DNA of 63,742 nt, filler included, from Asterionella formosa (Eukaryota): NCBI GenBank assembly GCA_002256025.1. It is 3 parts of 3 records of this genome, joined end to end, with 100 filler letters (N's around TTAATTAATTAA, not from the genome) between each part and the next. Parts side by side here need not be neighbours in the genome. Positions count along the whole stretch, not along the records: positions 30,932 to 61,700 come from NKIB01000805.1; positions 61,801 to 63,742 come from NKIB01000809.1; 1 more part is not named here. The stretch is one strand, 5' to 3'. Positions 54,080-63,742 of this stretch are shown here, in pieces. The translations under genes and the position numbers were made by a program. Under the pieces are notes generated by a model. That model did no database searches. It had not been told where the DNA came from and worked only from the letters and a program-made list of their open reading frames with translations. The stretch's first letter is position 1. Each line of letters begins with the position of its first letter.

Positions 54080-54646
54080 AGCATACATGTTGGCATACTC
54101 CTAATTTATAAATGTGTTTTGCCGTTGTGCAAAATTATGTCTACATCCAGCAATGTAGAAAAAGTGTAAACGTTTAAATATCATAATTTTTTAAAATGGA
54201 ACTCTATCAATCTTGCCCCGATTCCAATTTAATTCAAATATTCAAATGGACACTAGAATCATGAGAATCCACACCAGGAAACTCTAGTGATATTTTCTCC
54301 GGACTAGGGTTAAGCTGGGGCCGCAACCGGGTAGACAGCAACCACGATTCAATATAAACGCATAAAAAATATCATTATCATACATTTAGGAATACTCCTG
54401 ATTTACATATGTGTTATGGTGTGGAACAAAATTATGTCTACATAGAGCAACGCAGATACAGTATAAGCGTTTAAATATCATTTTTGTTTGTTTGAAATGG
54501 AACTCTATCTATCTGGCGCCGACTCCTCTTTAATTCAAATATTCAAATGGGGACTCATTGGAGCAAACTCCCTGTTCCATGCCGATTTTACAACCCTAGC
54601 GACGTTTTCTCCAAACTAGGGTTAAAAGCCGAGGGCGCAACCTTAA
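54080..54646 (+). repeat. Two tandem copies of the 3' end of the 23775-24942 element
   Basis: caaaattatgtctacat...ttaattcaaat.ttcaaatgg...actagggttaa...gcaacc occurs twice (ends ~54328 and 54642). The second copy ends gcaacc|ttaa. Confidence 0.8.
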
Positions 54647-54715
54647 TAAACTGAGACCAAAGTAAACAAAAAGTGTTTTTAGCAGTCGAGTTCTCTTGAT
54701 ATTGAGTTCTGATAT

Positions 54716-55030
54716 AGTACCGGTACCGGTATATAACTCCAACACTATTTGATGCGCGGGATCGCTCAACTGGTACCAGGTACACCTCCTTGAGGAGCAG
54801 CAGCTACCCTTGTAGAAGTACCAGGTACAGGTTGTGAACTGAACTGTAGACTACCTGGTACTCGTAGACCATGTACCTGGCACCAGGTACCAGGAAGCAG
54901 ATCAAAGGAGTACCTACTGGCCCTCCGGACTCAGTACCTGGTACCAGGTACCGGTGTATCGGTGCGTCGGTATGTAAAGGTACCAGGTACCAGGTACATT
55001 TCTATCCAGGTGGTACCTGGTACCTGGTAC
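54716..55030. repeat. GGTACC(A) heptamer cluster upstream of PrxQ
   Basis: About nine GGTACC sites plus many variants, 140-450 bp 5' of the ATG. Confidence 0.85.
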
Positions 55031-55170
55031 GGCCAGCGAAGCAATTGACACTACCGGCACATAGATTGTCTACATGTAATAACAGGTGCAACAATCAAAT
55101 ACTGACAGATAGGCTATAGTTCTTATTATCACGGCGTTTGTGTCCCCTTCTATCTTCCTTTGTATTGACC

Positions 55171-55791
55171 ATGACGGCACGATTTGTTGTCATCCTAAGC
55201 CTCCTGCTAGCTACAGTTTCGGCCCTGTCCGCGTCTAGCAGAAGATCGTTCGTCAAGAATGCTTTTGCCGCTGCTGTTGCTGGTCCTTTCCTCGTGCCAA
55301 AACCTGCTTCCGCTGGACTCCCTGAAACTGGTGTCAAGGCTCCTCCATTTGAGTTGCCCAACAGCCGGGGTGAAGGCATGACGACTCTTAGTGAACTCAC
55401 TAAGGCTGGAAAGTGGACAGTCTTGTATTTCTACCCTGGAGCATTCACATCTGGTTGCACTCTCGAGGCACGAGGCTTTCAAAGTGATATGCAGCAATAT
55501 CGTCAGCTGAATGCCCAGATTGTCGGTGTCTCCATCGACCCTGTCGAAAAGAATGCCCAGTTTTGTACAGCGGAAAGTTTGGATTTTTTCATGCTCAGTG
55601 ATTCTGGAGGCAAGGTCAGTAAAGCTTATGGCTCGGCAGTGAGCATCCCAGGCTTTGGAACGTTTAGCAACCGTCAGACCTACTTGATCGACCCCTCAGG
55701 AAATCTTCGTTGGGTATTCACCGATGTGGAATCTCGTATTTCTCGGCATTCTGGAGAAGTATTGGAGAAGCTTGGTGAATTGACGGCGTAA
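55171..55791 (+). CDS. Peroxiredoxin Q/BCP family protein, predicted thylakoid lumen
   Basis: VLYFYPGAFTSGCTLEARGF (peroxidatic Cys), IVGVSID and RQTYLIDP. Signal peptide + SRRSFV twin-Arg + hydrophobic stretch + ASA cleavage site. Confidence 0.93.
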   Translation: MTARFVVILSLLLATVSALSASSRRSFVKNAFAAAVAGPFLVPKPASAGLPETGVKAPPFELPNSRGEGMTTLSELTKAGKWTVLYFYPGAFTSGCTLEARGFQSDMQQYRQLNAQIVGVSIDPVEKNAQFCTAESLDFFMLSDSGGKVSKAYGSAVSIPGFGTFSNRQTYLIDPSGNLRWVFTDVESRISRHSGEVLEKLGELTA

Positions 55792-56150
55792 GGCGTATGA
55801 CCGGAGTAGTGAACCTACATGTTTGATCCACCAAAACCCGTTGTCTACTTGAGATTTCGAAAGTCCTCTCTCACAGACAATAGAAACAGTAGCTCAAAAT
55901 AATCTTTATACCAACTCCAATGTATGAACTCCTAAACACGTATGATAACACGATAGATTTTGGGCGAAAATGTAACAGAAAGAATTAGATTCGTTACGGG
56001 AGATAATACGAGAAGCTGACACCCCCTTCACAACTGCGTTGTCCATGTGGAGATTATTGGTACAAAACATCATTCACTTCTTGTTCATTATAATAAATCT
56101 CTCCTGATTCTATTGACACAAGTAGCTTCCAAGTAATGGAATCCAGGACT

Positions 56151-56783
56151 TCAACTGTTTGTCCGCCCGGAAAGGAAATCATCAAAGTCATCCTCGATCT
56201 TCGTCGCACCTGCTGCATTCGAATTTGTGGCATGCATTTTTCCGTCTTCCACAGTATTTTCAGTAGGAAGAATACTCAAACCAAGCAAATCATTGCCAAA
56301 GGGGTCACTTGCGCCCGTCGCGTTGGCTTTTGCTGCCGTGGCCTTCGAATCTAAAGCAAAGGAATCAGCTTGGTTATTTTCCAAAAACAAATCCTCCACA
56401 TCATCATCCTGATTATGCTGAGGAAAAGTTGCTGCAGTCGTTGAGGCAGGCGTTTCCGTGAAGGAATACGTGTCAATATCAGTGAGCTGCTTCAAGAGTC
56501 GATCATTGACGCTCAGACATTGACACAAGACATCTTCCGACAAGGCCCCCTGAGCGGCTGCTTCGACCAGCTCAACCATGCGAGATGCACAAGCCTCCAA
56601 GAAGCCAATGACACCGAGGAGGGCCTCATTGTTCTTCAAGGAAGGAGCGGGGGAACCGTCATCGGGATGAAGCATGGCTGCACAAAGATCCATTTTTTCT
56701 TGGAGGGAACCGAGATCTGCCATGATCTTGGCGTCGATTGCTGATTGCAACGTTTCGGAAGAAGATGGCGCTGCAGTATCCAT
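56151..56783 (-). CDS. GAT-domain (TOM1/GGA-like) small protein
   Basis: Three-helix GAT pattern KIMADLGSLQEKMDL...LEACASRMVELV...EDVLCQCLSVNDRLLKQL. Acidic tail with DPF and DDFDDFL motifs. Confidence 0.8.
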   Translation of the reverse strand: MDTAAPSSSETLQSAIDAKIMADLGSLQEKMDLCAAMLHPDDGSPAPSLKNNEALLGVIGFLEACASRMVELVEAAAQGALSEDVLCQCLSVNDRLLKQLTDIDTYSFTETPASTTAATFPQHNQDDDVEDLFLENNQADSFALDSKATAAKANATGASDPFGNDLLGLSILPTENTVEDGKMHATNSNAAGATKIEDDFDDFLSGRTNS

Positions 56784-57504
56784 GATTATTGATGAGACGA
56801 GGGGGAAGTCGAACGAGAGGAGCAAGAGCAAGGGCGACGAACGGAAGAATTTTCAATGTCGATGCGCCATTAGCACGATTGCATGGGGTTGTTCGTATCA
56901 TGACGGGAGTTTCATTTATCATTAAACATAGTACTTGTACCAGTTCCAGGTAGTATACAGAGCAAGTAGCTGTGAATGGGAAATTTCTTTGTAGTGTAGA
57001 TAAATAATAGCAGACTACGTAAATATAAGAACCGTCTTTCATTGCAACAACCAGCGTACTGGTACGAGGTAGTTAGGTACTGAACACACTACATGGTACG
57101 CACTCGATAATCCGTGGAACCAGGTGCTACATGGCTACGGTACTATAGTAAGAACCGTTTACCGGTACTCCTCTATATAAGAGTGCTATCATGACCTACA
57201 CTAACTAGACTACCGGTAACACTGGCATTATACCGCTAATAGCATTCTTTATTTCAATGTTTCATGATTCATGTAATAAAGAGGCATCATTTAATATTCC
57301 AATTATACACGGAGACAATTTGTCTATTGTTGTATAAATACAATCTTTGCTTCCTCACCACCGGACATTCCAAGGAAATGAACACCAGAATGCACGTCGT
57401 CAAAAAATTCGTCGCTTCATGTCAAGCGCTGCCTCTCGTTCCCCTGTTGTCCTCGTATCTCCTTCAAATCTAGTTTCCAGAAAGGAAAATTCTGACAAAA
57501 TAGC

Positions 57505-57827
57505 ATGGCTCCCAAATTTCAGAAAGGGCCCGATCTCAAGAGATTCATGGTAAGTAATATTTGTATTTGATGTGCCATCGCGGTGATAGCGAGAAATGTT
57601 GCAATCCATGTACGTTACGCATGCTCACACCTACGCTATACCTCCAGGACAAGAAACTGAAATTCTGCCTCAATGGAAACCGCATCCTTATTGGAACGCT
57701 ACGTGGGTATGACGCCTTTCTGAATGTCGTGCTGGAGGAAGCAGAACAACCGGGTGGTGACTACGTTGGAACTATCGTGATTAGGGGGAATTCTATCTTG
57801 CACTTTGAGGGCATCGAGCGAGTTTAA
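57505..57827 (+). CDS. SNRPG: Small nuclear ribonucleoprotein G; exons 57505-57549, 57648-57827
   Basis: GPDLKRFM|DKKL..LNGNR...GTLRGYDAFLNVVL...GTIVIRGNSI. GTAAGT...CCAG intron 57550-57647. Confidence 0.94.
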
Positions 57828-58259
57828 CAAAAATTTAAACCTGGCCTTTAGGGTGCCTGAAATTACATTTCTTTACTTCCAATTAGGTTGCTGATTAATC
57901 AAGCGTTAGTCATTGCAACGCTTCGCACTAAAACATAACGCACTCCCTCAATCTAGGATCGAGAGCTGACATGATCTCTAAGCCGGGAAAAATTCTCTGG
58001 TTGGGAAACTAAATTACGTAGCTGATGAAACGTTGGGCTACTGAAGGGCGGGGGCATACATTGGGACATAATTCCACCTTGCACTATGGAAGTATCAACA
58101 CCTAATAATCAATCAATTTTGAAAAGGCTTTCTTGATGTATATTTAGGAGGAATTTCTTAAATGACTTAGATTTGTCATAATGCACATGAAGTAATGACA
58201 CATGTGTACCGTTATCACATCTGCAAAATCTCTGAAAATATTATTTCAATGCAAGTTCA

Positions 58260-59293
58260 TGCTGAAGGCAAGAGAAACCCAAGGTGATATCTTGCCTACA
58301 AGTAGACATGTTCATTAGAAGGCAGTAGCTGCTGAGAAGGGCATTGTTGAGGCAATTCACAAACTAGCTATCATTGTGCCATTCACTTACCTACTCCCCG
58401 CTCCTTGAGCATAAATGTCAATTTTAGATTGCTAAAGCTCCCCATCATATAAAATATATTTTGTATTTTCCTATCTTCATGTCAAAATTTGCAATGGGTC
58501 CGATATTGCCCATCATTAAAATATATTTTGGATGTTTCCTATGTTCGCATTTTGGCAATACAATTTACGCCAATTGCCCTCGATTTCCAGCCCTGGGATT
58601 GCCAAAATAGGCAAGGGATCTACTTAAGAAACCATTTTATTTACTCAACAGATTTGATTATATCTATTCAGTATTGACCTTGTTTTTGTTTGTCACCTGC
58701 CTGAAAAGTGACTCTGGGCATTCCAACCATTGTCCATCATGCCCAGTCTGAAGCAAAATGAGTTCATTGATGATTCATTGTCAAATGGATGCGGTTGGCT
58801 TTTGGATTGCTTGTCTTCATGGGATTCATGTATTTGCACTGTCCATATTTCTTTGGACAAACAATGATATCAGTTTATCTGATGTTGGCGGCAAGTTTTG
58901 GGTCCATTCATGTATGTGATGCTTAACTGGTATTCTATTCATGTAGCCTACACACATACGTGGCACTCAAAACAACAATGCATGGTTTAAGGTAAAATTT
59001 GATGCTTACTTTGAACAAGCTGCAATAATATACATGCTGTAAACTTTGTGTTATCTTTACCAGACTAATATGTTCAATTATTTGCTTCACGTATTCATTG
59101 ATTTTTCTTATGCCCAATTTCGTCCTCACTATTATAATTCTCACTCTATCCTGATTGCTGTTGCTCAATTCGGGTTTGCTACAGCGGTATTGCCGCTAAG
59201 CAATGCTTTTCTTGGACTAATGCGCTTTGCTACCTTTCTACTCAGACTTCGTAGCACAAGCTATGTTTCAATATTCAGCTAGAGGGATGAGTC
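58260..59293 (+). mobile_element. ~1.25-kb dispersed repeat, copy 3 (internally deleted, more CpG-decayed)
   Basis: Colinear with 29587-30831 but lacks the segment matching ~30490-30800. Shares the distal end cagctagaggg with copy 2. Confidence 0.85.
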
Positions 59294-59579
59294 AAGAGTG
59301 GAGTAGCCTGGTGATCACGCTCACTCAGAATGTAATGGAATGATCAGGGTTGTTTAGTGGGAGGAATGACTGAAGGCGGAAGGACTGCTACTTGGTGTGT
59401 CAGGCTACAGCTGTGTGAATGGTTGCAGCAACCAGATTATCTATACCACATAACAATGAAGATCTCAATGGGGTACATATTTTTCCTTCGTTTCTTTATT
59501 ATTTTGCTATTTGATTGTGTGATGGAACAAAGTCAATGTTGCCTGCGTCTTCAAATAGAAAATATCTTATTCGTGTGAT

Positions 59580-60050
59580 GCATCTTATATGGGATGAATC
59601 CTTTGCCCGTATCGCTACAAACCAAAAAGCTGTTGCTGAAGGAGGTTAGGGTCCATTGAACTACAACTTGATGCTCCATCCGGAAATTCAACTGACAAGT
59701 ACCTCAAAAATGCAAACAGAAGCAAACAATAATCAACCCGCCTCTTCCATTACCCCATCCGGAATAAACTTGAGCCAAGGCATCACTGGAACCCATGTTG
59801 ATCAGGTCGTACAGTATTACAGTTGTGAGGACGCTAGAAACGGAATAAATCTGGACAAACTTGCCCGCCATTGAAAAGAAAAAGCACTAAGGGTGATTGC
59901 AAGTTTTAACGATATACAGCTGTTATTCATGTTGATGGCTGCTGGTGATACTTGTTGGGTCCAGAAGTGGTCGATGAACAGCAAAAAAGGAAGAGGCAAA
60001 TGGCGGAAGAAGTGCAGAGTGAGCAAGAGAATAAGAAAATAGATGCACAC
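59580..60050 (+). mobile_element. Decayed pogo-like DDE transposase C-terminal fragment
   Basis: WDESFARIATNQKAVAEGG*GPLNYNLMLHPEI resembles the AW..SF......AI..RGW.PLN end of DDE_1 transposases. Confidence 0.45.
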
Positions 60051-61510
60051 ATGGCGCTTGCAAACAAGGTTTATGCAATCAGATCGCCTGCAAATAAAAA
60101 CTATCATGAATAGGATCAAGGGTATTGTATGCTAAGTGGCACAGGATTTTTAAATATATGATAGTTTTTCGATCAAAAATATGATCAATGTATCATATAA
60201 TTATGATCATGCAGTGAACTTTTACCGAGCTTGAAGTATGATGATACTATAATAGTTATAATACCATGATTGCATCATATAATTAGTTAAACATGGTCCT
60301 ATGATGTGTATACTTTTGTCATACATCTATCTTAGCATGATCGTAATTCTCATCGATATTCCTGTCTAAAATAAGATGAAATTGATCGAAATTTGAACTA
60401 TATTTAAGAATGGTTTTATGTTTCTATATCTTGAGTGGCTACAGAATGTTCAACAATGCTCTCATCGCAATGATTGTTGGTGCCGCTTTCACTTCCACCT
60501 TTCCCCCCCATCCAATTCTGAAGGTTGTTGTAGCTACTGGTTGCCTTGCCGTTGTTCCCCTGCTTTGTTCCATTTAATCCTGACGGATCTGAGTTTGCAT
60601 TCACGCATTTTCCTATTACGATTGAATCCGTTTTGTTGTTCCAATCAGCCATACTAACAAAGAGAAGCAACAATTCATTGTTAGCTGTTCATGTTTTGTT
60701 TACACAACAACATGCATTTCGCTTCTATCTGCCTTCACTAACCACAAATTGAGGAAGTAAATGATGCATATTTGTATAAAAGAATGTGTCAGTTGAAGAT
60801 TGAACAAGAAAGTATTGATCAATAAATGGGCTCCAACATTGCTGTTTGTAACTTACAAATACTGTTTGTCTACCATTATCCTGAAAGAAGCAACACATAT
60901 GTGTCAATTTTTCTAACAGTTGTGGATTGATCCAAAGATGGCTGATAGGCAGCACATACCGATTTCTTTTGTCCACATTGATGGTTGACCAGCCACCAAA
61001 TCGAAAAGGAGCTATTGAATCACTGAAAGGGGACGAGTCATTCCGTATTTTAATCTCAGCAATTGATCATCCTGGCATTTGCTCTTGACAAACCGTGATG
61101 CTATGCACATCTTGTTGATTCCGACCTTCTCCATCATATTCACTCATTCTTAGCCGCATGGTGTATCATCGTGTTGTATTGACACTTCAGTTTTTCGCAT
61201 CATGTGTTGCTTGAGCTCCTTTATTTCAGGAAGTGGATGCATGACAAGGAACATGAAAGGCATGCTCTTGACTTACCATCAATTGATTCCGCCCTTCTCT
61301 TCTAAGCCACAAGTATCATTGTGCTGCATTATCACTTTCGTTTTCCGCATCATCATGTGTGATGATCCTTCATTTCAGGAGCAAAGTGTATGCATGACAA
61401 GGAACACACATTAAAACATGATTTCAAATGTTTCAGCCATGTATACATAAAAAAAGATTGGTAAGTTCAAATGTATATATATAGTTAGTTTGAACATTTG
61501 CATAGTTTTA

Positions 61511-61665
61511 ATAACCGTGGTTATTTGTCGTCAAGTCTGACTTGGTGGCGTCAGACTTTGGACAGACTTGGTATACCGTATACTTCATTGTCCTGGACCC
61601 CCCAATGTACACTGCCGTGACTGAATTTGACTGATTTTACTTAAGGGGGGCCCAGGACAATGAAG
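61511..61665. repeat. Inverted copy of 25408-25480 followed by a ~21-bp-arm hairpin
   Basis: cttcattgtcctggaccccccc (61583) pairs with ggggggcccaggacaatgaag (ends 61665), with one mismatch. Confidence 0.75.
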
Positions 61666-61700
61666 AGATTTCCCTTATAATGGACCTAAGTAAATTTCTT

Positions 61701-61800
61701 NNNNNNNNNNNNNNNNNNNNNNNNNNNNNNNNNNNNNNNNNNNNTTAATTAATTAANNNNNNNNNNNNNNNNNNNNNNNNNNNNNNNNNNNNNNNNNNNN
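61701..61800. other. Assembly gap with artificial TTAATTAATTAA linker
   Basis: 44 N + ttaattaattaa (61745-61756) + 44 N. Confidence 0.97.
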
Positions 61801-61802
61801 AT

Positions 61803-63742
61803 GAAATTCAACTATACGAGTATCAAATGGAAATGAATGGATCTCTCGTTTATTTTGAGGCCAGAGTTTCACCAATCAGTAATTCTTCAGAAGCAATTTC
61901 TATTATTCGAAACATCACGCAACGAACTATTTTACAAAAGGAAGTAGAAGAGAAGGAAAACCTGTTTAAAACGATTGCCAATCATAGTAAGGATGTGATA
62001 TGGATTTATAATTTAACTAAGAATAAATTTGAGTTTAATAGTCCTTCCGTTTTTAATTTACGTGGGTTTACTGCAGAAGAAGCAGCTTTACAAAAAATGG
62101 AAGATGTTTTTACCCCTGATACGTTAAAATTAGTAAATGATCAATTGCCACAAAGGTTACAAGCTTTCCTAAGTGGTATTGAATATTCCTCAAGTCAGAT
62201 AGATGAATTTCAGGAGTATCATAAGTTGGGATACATTATTAATACTGAAGTTAATACAAGTTTTTTTGTTAATACTGATGGTTCAGTGTGTGTTTTAGGT
62301 ATCACACGTGATATTACAAATAGAAAGAAATCAGAAAAGCGAGAATTACTTCAAAAAAATATTATTGAGTTTATTGTAAAGGGAAGTCCTTTGTTTCAAA
62401 CTTTAAGTAGCATAATTGATGCTATTGAATTTGAAATGCCCAATTCGAGGACTTCAATATTGACATTTAATAACGAGCTAGAAACACTTGAAAATACCTG
62501 TGGTAGTAATTTTTCAAATCAATTTATACAAAGAATTGAAGGAGTAAAAGTGGCCGATTTTCAAGGTTCTATTGGTCATACTTTATTTACAAAATCATTA
62601 GTCATAACTCAAGATTTATTTGAAGATAGTAATTGGGTAAATTTTAGAAGTTTGCTAATATCAGAAGGTTTAAGAGCTTGTTTTTCTTTACCAATATTGT
62701 CATCAAATGGGTCTGTTTTAGGAATAATTTCAATCTTTCATAATCAACCATTTGAACCTTCAAAGGAGGACTTAGCCTTTGTTGAGGGTTTTGTTAGTAT
62801 TGCTAGTATTGCAATGCAAAGAAATATTGGAGAAACTAGTCTTCGGGAAAGTGAAGATAAGTTCTCTAAAGCCTTTAATTCAAACCCTGATAGTTTTTCA
62901 ATTACGACATTAAAAGATGGAATATTTTTAGACATCAATGAGGTTTTTAAGAAAGAATTTTTATATGAAAAATCAGATATTCTTGGAAAGTCTTCTATCG
63001 AAATTAATATTTGGGCAAATACCGAAGATCGAACTCAATTCAGAAAACTATTAGAACAGTTTGAAAGGGTTAAAGATTTTGAAACTATTTTGGTAAATAG
63101 TAAAGGTGAACACATGTTTTTCCTGATTAGTGCACAAGTTATTGTCTTATCTGATGGCACCAAATGTATATTGTCTAATTCAAGAAATATAACAAAAACA
63201 AAATTAGAACAACAGGAAAAGGAAAGGCTTATTCAAAAGGAGAAAGAAAGTAGTGGTCGCATTATTGATATCTTGGAAACCATCAGCGATGGCTTTGTTT
63301 CTATTGATAAAGATTGGAAATATACTTACATGAATATCAAAGCTGGTGAGATATTAAAGAAACATCCAAAGTCTATTGTAGGGAAAGTTTTTTGGGATGA
63401 ATTTCAAATGAAAGATGACCTTTCATTTAAACTTGCTTGCTCAGAAGCAATGGAGAAAGGTATTGTGAAAATAACAACAGATTATATTCCTGAGTTTGAA
63501 AAATGGCTTGAATCTAAAATATATCCAGCGCCAGAGGGAATCAATATTTTTTTTAGAGATATCACAGAACAAAAGAAAGCGGAACTTAAACTAATAGAAA
63601 GTGAAATCAAATTCAGAAATCTGTTTGAATCTACCCCTGATGGAATTATATATTATGATGAATTAGGGAGAGAGGAATTGTTTAATCCAAGTGCACTAAA
63701 AATATTAAATATCCAATATGAACCGAGAGTTAAAGTTTCAAA
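61803..63742 (+). CDS. Partial bacterial-type multi-PAS/PAC + GAF sensor protein (probably a histidine kinase), open at both ends
   Basis: Frame from 61803 reads YFEARVSP..IIRNITQR, ENLFKTIANHSKDVIW..NSPSVFNLRGFT (PAS), GLRACFSLPILSSNGSVLG (GAF), LRESEDKFSKAFNSNPD, LETISDGFVSIDKDWKYTYMN and ESEIKFRNLFESTPDGI. Intronless and very AT-rich. Absent from the ORF track, consistent with no stop inside the window. Confidence 0.9.

Overview
Eukaryotic nuclear DNA, most likely a diatom (inferred from bipartite plastid presequences, short GT-AG introns and diatom-type transposon remnants). Thirteen compact housekeeping genes sit in small islands: CIA30-domain protein, RPN1, SEC62, SAC3/GANP LENG8-like, FAM32A-like, ABHD11-like hydrolase, A/B cyclin, PheRS beta, PAM18, Methyltransf_16, PrxQ, GAT-domain protein and SmG. 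Between the islands is CpG-depleted, decayed mobile DNA: a GCR1_C-bearing Crypton-like tyrosine recombinase pseudogene, TTAA-flanked Kolobok-like non-autonomous elements, a MITE, a 1.25-kb three-copy repeat, and copia/gypsy/LINE/pogo fragments. Clusters of a GGTACC(A)-based heptamer repeat lie just upstream of most genes. Two 100-bp N gaps carry an artificial TTAATTAATTAA linker. The contig after the second gap (61801-end) is an intronless, AT-rich, bacterial-type multi-PAS/GAF sensor ORF, probably from an associated bacterium. All calls were made by eye, with no database searches.
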